Shown: in pieces, positions 36,539-46,401 of the stretch
How the letters are laid out: the number at the start of each line of letters is the position of its first letter
Position numbering within the stretch: the first letter of the stretch is position 1
NCBI GenBank assembly: GCA_964441695.1
Contig: CAYYKO010000002.1
Span: 1 to 57,345 of the forward strand
Source of the DNA: an uncultured Ruminococcus sp.
GTDB lineage: Bacteria; Bacillota; Clostridia; Oscillospirales; CAG-272
DNA length: 57,345 nt
Reading direction: 5' to 3'
Made by a program: the position numbers and the translations under genes
Notes under the pieces: generated by a model
What the model was told of the DNA's origin: nothing
Database searches by the model: none
The model's input: the letters and a program-made list of their open reading frames with translations, nothing else

Positions 36539-37624
36539 TTACAGCGTCGTAAGAACAAGGTCGTCCTTTCTTATAACGACACAGCTCTTACTGTCGCCCG
36601 TGTTTACCATGTCGCATATCTCGTTTTTCGAGAATGACGCAATTCCCCGTCCGAGGCACACGTGATCTCCTGCCGTCAGTATACGAACGACATCTCCGCC
36701 TGCGAAGTCGCCCTCCGCCGCGGTAACTCCCGCGCAAAGCAGGCTTTTTTCGTGATGTGCCACAGCCTCGGCAGCTCCTCGGTCAACGTAAATATTTCCC
36801 TTCGACGGCGCATAGAACGCCATCCACTGGAGGCGTGTTCTGAGGCTTCCGTCCGCCTTAAAGAGCGTGCCCTTGGCGCTTCCCGCGACCGCGTTGATTA
36901 TAACATTTTCATCCTTTGACGAGCAGATGAATACGGGAACTCCGGCGCGTGTCGCAAGGGACGCTCCGCGAAGCTTCGTTATCATGCCGCCGGTGCCGTT
37001 TTTCGTTCCCGCACCTCCCGCGTAGCGCTCGATCTCCGGGGTGATCCGCTCGACTGTCGGAATATGGCGAGCCGTGGGGTCGCTTGCGGGGTTCGCGGTA
37101 TAAAGCCCGTCGGTATCCGTGAGCAGTATGAGCATATCCGCATGAAGCATTGCCGCGACCTGCGAGGAGAGCGTGTCGTTGTCTCCGAGCCTCAGCTCCT
37201 CGACGGCTATGGTGTCGTTCTCGTTGATTATCGGCACAGCCCCGCGGCTGAGAAGTATCTCGAGCGCCGCAAAGGCGTTTTTGTATCTCCGCTTGTCCGT
37301 GAAGTCTCCTCGTGTGAGAAGTATCTGAGCGCAAACGTATCCGCGCTCCGAGAAGAATCTCTCATACTCCTCCATGAGCAGTCCCTGACCGACGGCTGCC
37401 GACGCCTGCTTTGCGGCAACGGAGGTCGGACGTGTCGTGTAGCCGAGTGCGCGGAAGCCCGCGGCAATCGAGCCCGAGGTAACTATAACGCAGTCGTGAC
37501 CTGCATCACGGACGTCTGCGACCTGGCGCACGATAGTCTGTATCTTTTCACGCGAAATATCGCCGTTTTTCCCGGTAAGCGAGCTGCTTCCGATCTTGAT
37601 TATGTAAAGCTTCTTATTATTCAT
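36539..37624 (-). CDS. proB: Glutamate 5-kinase (with PUA domain)
   Basis: 361 aa. ...IIKIGSSSLT..., ...VIVTSGSIAAG..., ...IINENDT...GDNDTLS..., and a PUA-like C-terminus. Confidence 0.93.
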   Translation of the reverse strand: MNNKKLYIIKIGSSSLTGKNGDISREKIQTIVRQVADVRDAGHDCVIVTSGSIAAGFRALGYTTRPTSVAAKQASAAVGQGLLMEEYERFFSERGYVCAQILLTRGDFTDKRRYKNAFAALEILLSRGAVPIINENDTIAVEELRLGDNDTLSSQVAAMLHADMLILLTDTDGLYTANPASDPTARHIPTVERITPEIERYAGGAGTKNGTGGMITKLRGASLATRAGVPVFICSSKDENVIINAVAGSAKGTLFKADGSLRTRLQWMAFYAPSKGNIYVDRGAAEAVAHHEKSLLCAGVTAAEGDFAGGDVVRILTAGDHVCLGRGIASFSKNEICDMVNTGDSKSCVVIRKDDLVLTTL

Positions 37625-37667
37625 GCGCTATCGAGCACCTTTCGACGGTCATCCTCTGTTTTGATAT

Positions 37668-37696
37668 ATTGTACCACACCCCCGACGAAATGTCAA
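37668..37696 (-). promoter_or_regulatory. sigma-A promoter for proBAC
   Basis: Minus strand: TTGACA (37696-37691), 17-nt spacer, TACAAT (37673-37668), with TGg extended -10. Confidence 0.6.
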
Positions 37697-37819
37697 CGAG
37701 ACACGCGAATACCGCGGGGCTTTTCTGCGTGTGTATTTACGCTCTTGTGCTTGATTTTTTCTTTATAGTATAATATAATAATAGAGTATACTGCTTACAA
37801 AGCGAGGTTCCGAAAAAAA

Positions 37820-38545
37820 ATGAAGTGGCTTGAGCACTACAGACTCGGCGCTGCCGAGACAGATATAAACAACATCGCCTCCGCGTCCGCGGTCATGCGT
37901 TATCTTCAGGACTGCGCGAACTGTCATCTTGCGGCGGTGCGTCCCTCCTACGACGAGCTTTTCGAGAGAGGGCTCGCCTTCGTTTTGAGCCGCATGTCGG
38001 TGGTTTTCCACGGTGAGTTTCACACGCACGACAGCTTCGACTGCGAAACGTGGGCGTCGGGCTCCAGGGGCGTGACCTTCAACCGCTGCTACCGCATAAC
38101 GAAGGATGGAGCTACAGTCGTTGAGGCGTCCTCAGCATGGGCTCTGCTTGACATTGCCCGCGGTCGCCCCTGCCGTGTCTCGGATTCGGGCGCCGATTAC
38201 CGCGATGAGGAGCCGCTTGAGCTCAACATGCCGACGCGCTTCAGAATTCCGAGCACGCCCGAGCCCGTAAAGCTCGGCGAGAGGCTTGTCGAATACGCGG
38301 ACTGCGACATCAACGGTCACATGAATAATGCCAAATACCCCGACATTCTCTGCGGCTGCACGGGAGACATGAAGGGGCGCAGGCTTTGGCGAATGAATAT
38401 TAATTTCCTGAACGAAGCACCGCTCGGCGAAAGGCTCACCGTGTACCGCACGGAGCTTGACGGCGTGCATTACCTCCGCACGCTGCGCGGGGACGGGCTC
38501 ACGAACGTCGAGGCGGCTCTGTGCTTTAAGGACACAGAAAAATGA
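37820..38545 (+). CDS. Acyl-ACP thioesterase (double hot-dog fold)
   Basis: 241 aa. ...[27 protein letters not shown]...[16 protein letters not shown]... and a second half ...[13 protein letters not shown]... fit the FatA/B-like bacterial thioesterase family. Confidence 0.8.
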   Translation: MKWLEHYRLGAAETDINNIASASAVMRYLQDCANCHLAAVRPSYDELFERGLAFVLSRMSVVFHGEFHTHDSFDCETWASGSRGVTFNRCYRITKDGATVVEASSAWALLDIARGRPCRVSDSGADYRDEEPLELNMPTRFRIPSTPEPVKLGERLVEYADCDINGHMNNAKYPDILCGCTGDMKGRRLWRMNINFLNEAPLGERLTVYRTELDGVHYLRTLRGDGLTNVEAALCFKDTEK

Positions 38546-39621
38546 GCATGATAAATTCAACTCTTTGCTACATAGAAAAAGACAGCTCGTACCTGATGCT
38601 GCACCGCGTCAAGAAGGAGCACGACTTGAATCGTGACAAGTGGATAGGCATCGGCGGGCATTTCGAGTTCGGCGAGTCACCCGAGGACTGCATTCGCCGT
38701 GAGATACGCGAGGAAACCGCCCTTTCGGCAATTACGCTTGCGTTTCGCGGCATCGTGACCTTCGTTTACGGCGACGAGTGCGAATACATGCACCTTTTCA
38801 CCTGCGACGATTTTCAAGGAGAGCTCTGCGACTGCGACGAGGGCGAGCTTGAATGGGTCGAAAGAAGCAGGCTACGCACTCTTGAGCTGTGGGAGGGAGA
38901 CCATATATTTCTCGACCTTATCGAGGACAGGGCGCAGCCGTTTTTCTCGCTGAAGCTCGTGTACGCCGACGGAGGCACGCTCACCGAGGCTGTGCTTGAC
39001 GGCGTGTCACTGCCTCTGCCCTACGCCGCAAAGGCACGCGCTCACAGCACAAGTGAAAGGACAGGCAAAAAATGCGCCTCCGGCAGCACCGCGAAGGACA
39101 GTGTCGGCGTGAGCGCACAGAAAAGCGGCACACCGAAAAGCAGCGCCGACGAGAACACTTCGAAAATCAGTGCCGCAACCTCGCCTAAAAGCGTCAGCAT
39201 CTACACCGACGGCTCGTGCCGGAAGAATCCGGGTCCCGGCGGCTGGGGCGCGATACTTGTTGCAGACGGGCGGGAGCTTGAGCTGTGCGGCGGCTGTGCC
39301 GACACGACAAACAACCGCATGGAGCTGACCGCCGTCATCACCGCGCTGTCGAAATTAAAAAAGCCGTGCCGCGTTGAGCTCACGACGGACTCGCGCTACG
39401 TCTGTGACGGCATTACGAAGGGCTGGGCGCGTTCTTGGAAGAAGAAGGGCTGGAAAAAGGGCGATGGCTCGCCCGCGCTGAATCCCGATCTTTGGGAGCA
39501 GCTGCTCGAGCTGTGCGAGCTGCACAGCGTAAGCTTCAATTGGGTCAAGGGACACGCGGGGCATCCGTACAACGAGCGCTGCGATGCTCTCGCGCAGACC
39601 GAGTCGGGTAAATATCTGTGA
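38542..39621 (+). CDS. rnhA: Fusion protein: N-terminal Nudix hydrolase (MutT/8-oxo-dGTPase-like) plus C-terminal ribonuclease HI
   Basis: Nudix box [27 protein letters not shown] Ser/Thr/Ala/Lys-rich linker of about 55 aa follows. The RNase HI core is ...[20 protein letters not shown]...[11 protein letters not shown]...TDSRYV...[18 protein letters not shown].... ATGA overlap with the upstream gene. Confidence 0.85.
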   Translation: MSMINSTLCYIEKDSSYLMLHRVKKEHDLNRDKWIGIGGHFEFGESPEDCIRREIREETALSAITLAFRGIVTFVYGDECEYMHLFTCDDFQGELCDCDEGELEWVERSRLRTLELWEGDHIFLDLIEDRAQPFFSLKLVYADGGTLTEAVLDGVSLPLPYAAKARAHSTSERTGKKCASGSTAKDSVGVSAQKSGTPKSSADENTSKISAATSPKSVSIYTDGSCRKNPGPGGWGAILVADGRELELCGGCADTTNNRMELTAVITALSKLKKPCRVELTTDSRYVCDGITKGWARSWKKKGWKKGDGSPALNPDLWEQLLELCELHSVSFNWVKGHAGHPYNERCDALAQTESGKYL

Positions 39622-39893
39622 CGGCACACGCGGGACTCATATATTTTATCGCCGTGTCCGTAATATCGGTGATAATTACAATTCACGATAAGCGCGCAGC
39701 CGTTCGCCGCGCACGGCGAGTGCCCGAGCGGCGTCTGTTGATTCTCAGCGCACTCGGCGGCTCTGTCGCCATGTACATTACAATGCAGCTGATCCGACAT
39801 AAAACACTTCACGCGAAATTCATGCTCGGCATACCGGCGATCATTGTAGCACAGCTTGCGTTGCTGCTCGCCGCAGCGAGGCTGTTGAGCTGA
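39618..39893 (+). CDS. DUF1294 family small membrane protein
   Basis: 91 aa. ...[45 protein letters not shown]... matches my memory of DUF1294. GTG start overlaps the previous stop (GTGA). Confidence 0.75.
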   Translation: MTAHAGLIYFIAVSVISVIITIHDKRAAVRRARRVPERRLLILSALGGSVAMYITMQLIRHKTLHAKFMLGIPAIIVAQLALLLAAARLLS

Positions 39894-40063
39894 ACGCAAC
39901 CGTATATTAAAGGGCTCTGGCAGCAAGCTCGGCTTACAGAGACTTGTTGCGGAGCCCTTTTCACATGTCTGTCGGCGTCTCAACGTGCTTTCGGATTTTC
40001 ACCGCTTGCTCTGTCTTCCACGCATGCTCGCGTAAAGCAGTTACCGATATCCGCCTGACGCAT

Positions 40064-40106
40064 AGAAAAAAAACGACCGACGCCCACAAAGGAGCATCGG
40101 TCGTTT
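40064..40106 (-). terminator. Terminator after ftsZ
   Basis: Stem AACGACCGA / TCGGTCGTT with a 16-nt loop, followed on the minus strand by an 8-T run. Confidence 0.6.
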
Positions 40107-40143
40107 GCTTTTTATAACATGAAAAATAGCACGCGAAGCTTGA

Positions 40144-41262
40144 TTATCTTCCGGCTTCCTTGCTCTTACGGAGCATATTGATTATCTCGGAGATATCGTC
40201 GTCGGAAACATTGGATTCAGCAAGCTCGGGAAGCTCTTCCTTCTTTGCGGGCTCGGCAGCCTTTGCGGGAGCCTCAGCGTTTCCCTTCTTCATCTCAAAC
40301 ATCTCGCTGCTGTTGTCAAAGCCAGTAGCGATGATGGTGATTTTCATCTTGTCCTCAAGCTCGGGATCGAATGCAACACCCCAAATTACGGTTGCGTCCT
40401 CGTGAGCCTGGCTCGCGATGAGAGAGGATGCGGTGTCGATATCGTTGAGCTCAATGTCGGGAGATGCGGTGATGCTGACGAGGATACCCATCGAGCCTGC
40501 GATAGTGGTCTCGAGAAGGGGGCTGGAGATAGCGTTCATTGCCGCGGTCTCTGCCTTGTCCTTGCCGCTTCCCTCACCGATACCCATGTGAGCGTAGCCT
40601 GCGTTCTTCATAACGGTCGTAACGTCCGCGAAGTCGAGGTTGAGGTACTGAGGAACATTGATAAGCTCGGAAATACTCTGTACACCGTGGCTGAGGACAT
40701 CGTCCGCAACGGCAAAGGCATTCATAAGTGTGATCTTCTCGCCGATCTCCTTGAGCTTCTCATTCGGGATTATGATAAGAGAGTCAACGTACTTGCTGAG
40801 GTTGGCGATACCGCGCTCTGCCTGCTCCATTCTCTTCTTACCCTCGAATGCAAAGGGCTTTGTGACGATAGCTACGGTGAGGATGCCCATCTCCTGTGCT
40901 ACGCGAGCAACGACAGGTGCGGCACCTGTTCCCGTACCGCCGCCCATTCCGGCAGTAACGAAGACCATTTCAGCTCCGCTGAGTGCGTTCTTGATCTCCT
41001 CGATGTTCTCCTCTGCGGCGTGCTCACCGATCTCGGGGTTAGCACCCGCGCCGTGTCCCTTTGTGATCTTCTCACCGATCGGAACCTTAATGGTCGCGCT
41101 CGAGTGAAGAAGTGTCTGGTTATCGGTATTAACGGAAATGAAGTCAACACCGCGGACGTTGGTCACGATCATGTGATTGATGGCGTTGTTTCCGCCGCCG
41201 CCGACGCCGACGACCTTTATGTTGACCTTGCTCTGATAGTTATCGTCAAATTCAAATGGCAT
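40144..41262 (-). CDS. ftsZ: Cell division protein FtsZ
   Basis: 372 aa. ...IKVVGVGGGGNNAINHM..., the tubulin signature ...GMGGGTGTGAAPVVA..., and the C-terminal peptide ...DDDISEIINMLRK.... Confidence 0.95.
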   Translation of the reverse strand: MPFEFDDNYQSKVNIKVVGVGGGGNNAINHMIVTNVRGVDFISVNTDNQTLLHSSATIKVPIGEKITKGHGAGANPEIGEHAAEENIEEIKNALSGAEMVFVTAGMGGGTGTGAAPVVARVAQEMGILTVAIVTKPFAFEGKKRMEQAERGIANLSKYVDSLIIIPNEKLKEIGEKITLMNAFAVADDVLSHGVQSISELINVPQYLNLDFADVTTVMKNAGYAHMGIGEGSGKDKAETAAMNAISSPLLETTIAGSMGILVSITASPDIELNDIDTASSLIASQAHEDATVIWGVAFDPELEDKMKITIIATGFDNSSEMFEMKKGNAEAPAKAAEPAKKEELPELAESNVSDDDISEIINMLRKSKEAGR

Positions 41263-41328
41263 TGCAGTTGCCTCCTTAAGATTTTTACTTCTTGGTATGC
41301 TTACGGTTCGAATTATTACTTACTATAT

Positions 41329-41357
41329 ATAATATACTAAATTCAGGATTTTTTCAA
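41329..41357 (-). promoter_or_regulatory. Candidate ftsZ-proximal promoter
   Basis: Minus strand: TTGAAA (41357-41352), 17-nt spacer, TATTAT (41334-41329). Confidence 0.4.
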
Positions 41358-41502
41358 GAGCTTTTGAAAAATATTTTAGGCAAAAACTCAAAAAGACGCG
41401 AATTTTTTTGATTTGCACGCGTTTTTCGGTGTCAGCGAGTGAAAATCGCATGTTTTAGGCGCATGCATAACTCGGTTTTACCTGTTATGCATTTGTATAA
41501 CA

Positions 41503-42501
41503 TCACTCGAGCCCAAGCTCGTCTATTTCGAGCACTCCTGTTTTTCCCCTTACGGTCAGGTCTACGCGGTACTTTTTTTCGTTCTCGGCAAACATCTCGT
41601 CCTCAAGCACACGCGCGGCTACGCGGAGCTTGTACGACGTGTCCTCGTTTTCGCCGATAAGCAGCAGTCTCAGCCCGTCGCACAGCGCACGGACGTCATA
41701 CTTGTCGCGCACGTCGACAATGTCGAGCCTGTCGGCAAGCTCAGACTGTGATATGTCCGAAAGCAGCTGCTTTATATCGCTCATGCGCCGCTCCGAGGCA
41801 AACGCTATCTGCCGACCTGTCACAGCGTAGCTCACGCTCGGAAGCTTAAGCTTTATAAGCCCCTCAGGCAGTGCGTCCTGCGTTACCGTGCCGAGCACGC
41901 GAAGGCTGTCGGATAAGAGCTTGTACTCTCCGTAAATCACGGCGTAATAGCGCGGCGTCTCCTCGGTCGCACTGATATTAACCGTGTCGGGGAGCTGGCG
42001 GTCGAGCGTCAGATGCGAAATATACGGGCACCTGAAGGTCACGCTCGACTCAAGCGTGCTTGAGCGGAAGGAGTACAGATTCACGCCCTCGGAAAGACCG
42101 CCCGCCGACATTATCTCGTCGGAGGAATAAACGCTGCTGCCGCTGATGTTTATGTATTTTACAACGAATAAAAAACGGTAGATCACTCCCGCGATCAGCG
42201 CAAGCAAAAGCACGCACACCGCAAACAGAACAAGCGCGCGGCGGCGGTGTACCGTCCGTTTGCGCTCTCCCGCGCTGCGCCTTGCCTCGTCCACCTTGCG
42301 TCCGCCTCGCCGTGCTCTCGCCCTTTCGTTTTCGGCGGTGTGCCCTCGTGACGTGCCGCTACCGCGTGCTCCGCGGCTCTCCGAGCTGTTCTTAAAAGCC
42401 GAAGAGCGTCGGTTATTGCCGATGCTGCCGAAAACCGCAGTGGGGCGTGCATGCGCCGAGACGTAAAAGTCCCGTTCGAAGCTTTGCTGTTTCTCGGTCA
42501 T
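41503..42501 (-). CDS. ftsQ: Cell division protein FtsQ/DivIB with long basic N-terminal extension
   Basis: 332 aa. About 100 Arg/Ser/Gly-rich residues, one TM helix (...ALVLFAVCVLLLALIAGVIY...), then a POTRA domain (...VKYINISGSSVYSSDEIMSAGGLSEGVNLYSF...). Sits at the expected dcw position. Confidence 0.8.
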   Translation of the reverse strand: MTEKQQSFERDFYVSAHARPTAVFGSIGNNRRSSAFKNSSESRGARGSGTSRGHTAENERARARRGGRKVDEARRSAGERKRTVHRRRALVLFAVCVLLLALIAGVIYRFLFVVKYINISGSSVYSSDEIMSAGGLSEGVNLYSFRSSTLESSVTFRCPYISHLTLDRQLPDTVNISATEETPRYYAVIYGEYKLLSDSLRVLGTVTQDALPEGLIKLKLPSVSYAVTGRQIAFASERRMSDIKQLLSDISQSELADRLDIVDVRDKYDVRALCDGLRLLLIGENEDTSYKLRVAARVLEDEMFAENEKKYRVDLTVRGKTGVLEIDELGLE

Positions 42502-42524
42502 CTTAAATCTTCCTTTGGTTCGGA

Positions 42525-43661
42525 TTATTTGCGTCGTGCGCTGTCGACAAGACGTCTGATGTCGTTGTATATCAGGCGGTTTGCGTCATCGAGCGCGAAA
42601 GCGCGTATTTTCTCGCTCATCTGAGCGCGCTCCGCCTCGCCCTCCGGTGACATAAGTCCCGCCACTGTCTGCGTGAGGATCGAGCTGTTCTCGGCAAGCT
42701 GTCGCTCCTCGAACACGAATGCCGCACCGGCGTCGGCGAGCACTCGCGCGTTCTTGTACTGATGATTCTCCGTAACATTCGGAGACGGTATGAATATCGG
42801 ACACTTTCCGCACTTTGCAAGCTCTGATACGGTCAGAGCTCCCGCGCGGCAGATTATGAGATCAGCCGCCGCCATCTTCACGGGCATGTCGTAAATATAC
42901 TCCACAAGCTCAAGGTTCGGGTATTTGTCGAGACCCGCCTTTGCAAACTGTCCGCGACATATCTGCCACTCTATCGAGCCCGTTGCGTGAATGTGCAGGG
43001 TCTCGGGATGCTTTGCGGAATAATTCTTCATTACCTCGAGGACTGCGTCGTTGACCTTCTCGGCGCCCATGCTTCCGCCGTAGGATAGAATAACGTTTTT
43101 GTATTTTCCCTCAATGCCGAGCGCCGCTCTTGCCTCCTCGCGGCTCATGCGCGAGAAATCGCCCGCGAGCGGATTTCCGACGCGGAGAAGCTTATCGGGG
43201 CAATGAAGCGAGCGACCCGTCGCCTCGAAATTCAGATATACGCGGTCGACCTTGCTTTGAAGCATACGTACCGCAACACCGGGAGCCACATTCGACTCAT
43301 GGAGCGCGCAAGGCACGCCCATCATTGACGCCGCCTTAACTACCGGCCACGAAACATAGCCTCCCGTGCCGATGACAACGTCGGGCTTGAACTCGCGTAT
43401 CAGGCGCTTTGCCTTATACGGCGAGGTGAGCGCGAGCCAAAACGCGCGGATATTCGCCGGCGAGAAGCTTCTTCTGATACCGCGAACATCAACGTGGCGA
43501 AGCTCGTAGCCTGCCGCGGGGACAAGCTTATTCTCGATACCGCGCTCCGTTCCGACGAAGAGTATCTCGGAATCGGGCTCGTTTCTTTTTATTGTTTCGG
43601 CGATGGCAAGCGCGGGGTTAACATGACCTCCCGTGCCGCCGCCCGTCATTATAACTCTCAT
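42525..43661 (-). CDS. murG: UDP-N-acetylglucosamine--N-acetylmuramyl-(pentapeptide) pyrophosphoryl-undecaprenol N-acetylglucosamine transferase
   Basis: 378 aa. MRVIMTGGGTGGHVNPALAIAE... and the GT28 C-terminal domain ...ICRAGALTVSEL.... Confidence 0.93.
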   Translation of the reverse strand: MRVIMTGGGTGGHVNPALAIAETIKRNEPDSEILFVGTERGIENKLVPAAGYELRHVDVRGIRRSFSPANIRAFWLALTSPYKAKRLIREFKPDVVIGTGGYVSWPVVKAASMMGVPCALHESNVAPGVAVRMLQSKVDRVYLNFEATGRSLHCPDKLLRVGNPLAGDFSRMSREEARAALGIEGKYKNVILSYGGSMGAEKVNDAVLEVMKNYSAKHPETLHIHATGSIEWQICRGQFAKAGLDKYPNLELVEYIYDMPVKMAAADLIICRAGALTVSELAKCGKCPIFIPSPNVTENHQYKNARVLADAGAAFVFEERQLAENSSILTQTVAGLMSPEGEAERAQMSEKIRAFALDDANRLIYNDIRRLVDSARRK

Positions 43662-43697
43662 TGTGTATTGACGTATCCTTTCCTTTGAGCGGCAATG

Positions 43698-45365
43698 TCA
43701 CGCCGTTTTTCTGTATGACCTTCGCGATATCGAAAGAAGGACTCCCATTTCCGCCATCAGCACGGCGAGCGCCGTTCCTCCGTAGGAAATAAACGGGAGC
43801 GAAACTCCCGTCGTCGGAAGCACTCCGCACACGACCATCATATTGAGCACAGCCTGCACTCCGACCTGTGTTGTAATTCCGAAGGCGAGAAGCATCGAAT
43901 ATTTGTCGGGCGCACGCATTGCGATAACGCAGCCGCGCCAGATAAACGCAACGAACAGCCCTATAAGGAGCGCCGCTCCGATAAAGCCGAACTCCTCGCA
44001 CCATATGCTGAATATAAAATCATTGTACGGCTCGGAAACGTAGCCGAATTTCTGTCGGCTCTCGGCAAAGCCCACGCCGAAGAGTCCGCCCGAGCCAATC
44101 GCGAGCGCGCCCTGTGTCGCCTGCCACTTCTCGGCAAGAGTGTCCGCATTGTCCGAGGTGAAGGTAAGCACCCTTTGCAGGGCGTATGCGTTTGACATAA
44201 GATATACGGCGACGACCGGGACTCCCACAGCGAGCGTTGTCAGCACGGTGTAGGCGACATGGCAGCCCGCGACAAGCATTACCGCAAGTCCGATAACGCC
44301 GACGATCACGGTTCCCGACAGGTGCTTTCCTATGAGCACGAGAAGGCACGAGCCGCCGACTATGCACAGCGGAAAAAATGTGTTGTAGAGGTATGTTCCG
44401 AGTTTATCTGTGCCGCCGTTTCTCGGAAACGCCTTTGACACGCGGCTTGAGAAAGCGCCGCGTCTTTTGTCCCGAAGAAGCTCGATCTTCTCGCCGACCG
44501 TTCTGTGACTTTTAAGCCTGTCGGCATATTTGTCGAGATACCACGCAAGCAGCATGACAAGAGCGATCTTCATTATTTCCGACGGCTGAAAGCGCACGGG
44601 ACCTATCGATATCCAACGCGACACCGCGGTGCCGTCACTGCCCCCGGCAAATGCCGCTACAACGAGCAGCACCGCCGCGAGAGCGTAAAGCGCGAAGCCG
44701 AACCATTTTTTATACCAGGTATACGGAACATATGAGGCTACAAACATCGCCGCGCCGCCGAGAAGCATGAAGAGCAGATGGCGCTTCAGGTAGTACATTC
44801 CGTCATCGTAGGACGAAATTCCGATAGGATAGCTGGCGCTGTATATGATAAGCGTGCCGAGCGCGAGAAGTATGAGGATTATGACAAGCATCACCTTGTC
44901 GACGCCACCGCGAACTCGCTCGACCTCGGACTGCCACTCAAGCTCTGCGGCAACAAGCCGCTGCTCCTTTTTCTCGAGGCGGCGAAGCTGTCTGTCGGTT
45001 CTCTCGACAAGCCTTGCTTCTCTCCCGTATAATACAGGAGCGCTCGAGCGCGCTGCGGTATTGCGCGTGCTGCGGCTGCGCTCCGCGCCTGCGGTATGCG
45101 TCGCAGCCCTTCGCGGCGAATTTCTGTACACGGCGCTCTCGCCTCGCGTCGCACGTACTCTGCGAGCACTGTCTGGGCGATAAGAGCTTCGCGTGACGCC
45201 GGGACGGCTGCCCGCGTTTGCACGCGGCTGCCTCGGTGTACTCGGCGAGCTGATCTTTCTCGCCGGGGAATATGTACGCGAGCGCGTACTGTCAGCAGTT
45301 GTGCGCGACGGCGAGGTATCGGACGGACGGCGCACCGCACGACCGTAGCCCTTGTTATTATTCAT
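43698..45365 (-). CDS. ftsW: FtsW/RodA/SpoVE family peptidoglycan glycosyltransferase with about 165-aa Arg/Ser-rich N-terminal extension
   Basis: The SEDS core starts near ...VDKVMLVIILILLALGTLIIYSASY... and ends ...LPFISYGGTALAVLMAEMGVLLSI.... The upstream in-frame 165 codons fill the whole gap to mraY. Confidence 0.85.
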   Translation of the reverse strand: MNNNKGYGRAVRRPSDTSPSRTTADSTRSRTYSPARKISSPSTPRQPRANAGSRPGVTRSSYRPDSARRVRATRGESAVYRNSPRRAATHTAGAERSRSTRNTAARSSAPVLYGREARLVERTDRQLRRLEKKEQRLVAAELEWQSEVERVRGGVDKVMLVIILILLALGTLIIYSASYPIGISSYDDGMYYLKRHLLFMLLGGAAMFVASYVPYTWYKKWFGFALYALAAVLLVVAAFAGGSDGTAVSRWISIGPVRFQPSEIMKIALVMLLAWYLDKYADRLKSHRTVGEKIELLRDKRRGAFSSRVSKAFPRNGGTDKLGTYLYNTFFPLCIVGGSCLLVLIGKHLSGTVIVGVIGLAVMLVAGCHVAYTVLTTLAVGVPVVAVYLMSNAYALQRVLTFTSDNADTLAEKWQATQGALAIGSGGLFGVGFAESRQKFGYVSEPYNDFIFSIWCEEFGFIGAALLIGLFVAFIWRGCVIAMRAPDKYSMLLAFGITTQVGVQAVLNMMVVCGVLPTTGVSLPFISYGGTALAVLMAEMGVLLSISRRSYRKTA

Positions 45366-45399
45366 GCATGCTGCACCGTCCCTTCAGATTGAGTTTTTC

Positions 45400-46401
45400 T
45401 TATTTAATGACCACGAGCAGTGCTACAGCGGAGAAGACCACGGTCGCGCAGGTAAATACGATAACGACCTTGTTCTCCGACCAGCCGCACTTTTCGAAGT
45501 GGTGGTGTATAGGCGACATTTTGAACAGTCTCTTTCCGTGCGTCAGCTTAAAGTATGTCACCTGAAGCATCACCGACGCCGTTTCGATAATGTAAACGAG
45601 TCCGCAAACGATAACGATAAGCGGCTCGCCCATCATATACGCTCCGCCGACGACAAGTCCGCCGAGGAACAGCGAGCCCGTGTCGCCCATGAATACCCTT
45701 GCGGGATTAATATTGTACACAAGAAAGCCCGCGCACGCGCCTATGAGTATCGCGCCGAGCGAAACAAGCGAGACATCCGTCGTGCCGCCGAAAAAGCCGC
45801 AGACGGCAAAGAAAACACCGACGGCGAGCGTCACCGAGGAGGCAAGACCGTCAATTCCGTCCGTCAGGTTCACGCTGTTCATCACGCCGCAGATGAGGAT
45901 GAGCGACAGCACGTAATAGCCGACTCCGAGCTCGAGCGTGACGTCAAAATATGGGATGTGCAGTGCCGTTCCCGTCTTGCAGACGAGCGACATACCGAAA
46001 AGGTACAGCGCTGCCGCGACGAGCTGGAGCAGAAACTTCTGCGAGGCGGTCAAGCCGTCGTTTCTCTGATTGCGAAGCTTAGCCGCGTCGTCGATACAGC
46101 CTATAAGTCCGCCCGCAAGTCCGAGCGCGAGCGTGAACACGAACGGCCACGCCGTCTCGGCGCCCTCCTTCAGCGCAATAATTACCGAAAGCACCGCTCC
46201 GACCGCAAGCGACGAAATAATGAAAGCAAGACCGCCCATTGTCGGAGTTCCTTCCTTGCTTTTGTGCCATCTCGGACCGATATCAAGGATCTTCTGACCC
46301 ATTTTTCTGCTCTTCAGCGCGGGGATAAGGCGCCTCGAGATGAGCACAGTCAGCGCAAAGGTCAGCAAAAGCGCGGCGACAAATATAAGCTTATAATTCA
46401 T
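45400..46401 (-). CDS. mraY: Phospho-N-acetylmuramoyl-pentapeptide-transferase
   Basis: 333 aa. ...GTPTMGG..., ...DDAAKL..., ...NSVNLTDGIDGLA..., ...MGDTGSLFLGG..., ...PIHHHFE.... Confidence 0.95.
   Translation of the reverse strand: MNYKLIFVAALLLTFALTVLISRRLIPALKSRKMGQKILDIGPRWHKSKEGTPTMGGLAFIISSLAVGAVLSVIIALKEGAETAWPFVFTLALGLAGGLIGCIDDAAKLRNQRNDGLTASQKFLLQLVAAALYLFGMSLVCKTGTALHIPYFDVTLELGVGYYVLSLILICGVMNSVNLTDGIDGLASSVTLAVGVFFAVCGFFGGTTDVSLVSLGAILIGACAGFLVYNINPARVFMGDTGSLFLGGLVVGGAYMMGEPLIVIVCGLVYIIETASVMLQVTYFKLTHGKRLFKMSPIHHHFEKCGWSENKVVIVFTCATVVFSAVALLVVIK

Noticed and set aside
37660-37690. Possible T-box (GGGTGTGGTACA on the minus strand) upstream of proBAC
   Set aside because: The resemblance to GGGUGGUACC is partial. 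The sequence is in fact the spacer and -10 (TGgTACAAT) of a TTGACA-17-TACAAT promoter only about 45 nt from the proB start. There is no Stem I, specifier loop or terminator.
41463-41495. Inverted repeat ATGCATAAC-N12-GTTATGCAT just downstream of ftsQ as a terminator
   Set aside because: The arms are a perfect 9 bp, but no U-run follows on the minus strand. It may be a weak pause or protein site, and there is not enough evidence to call it a terminator.
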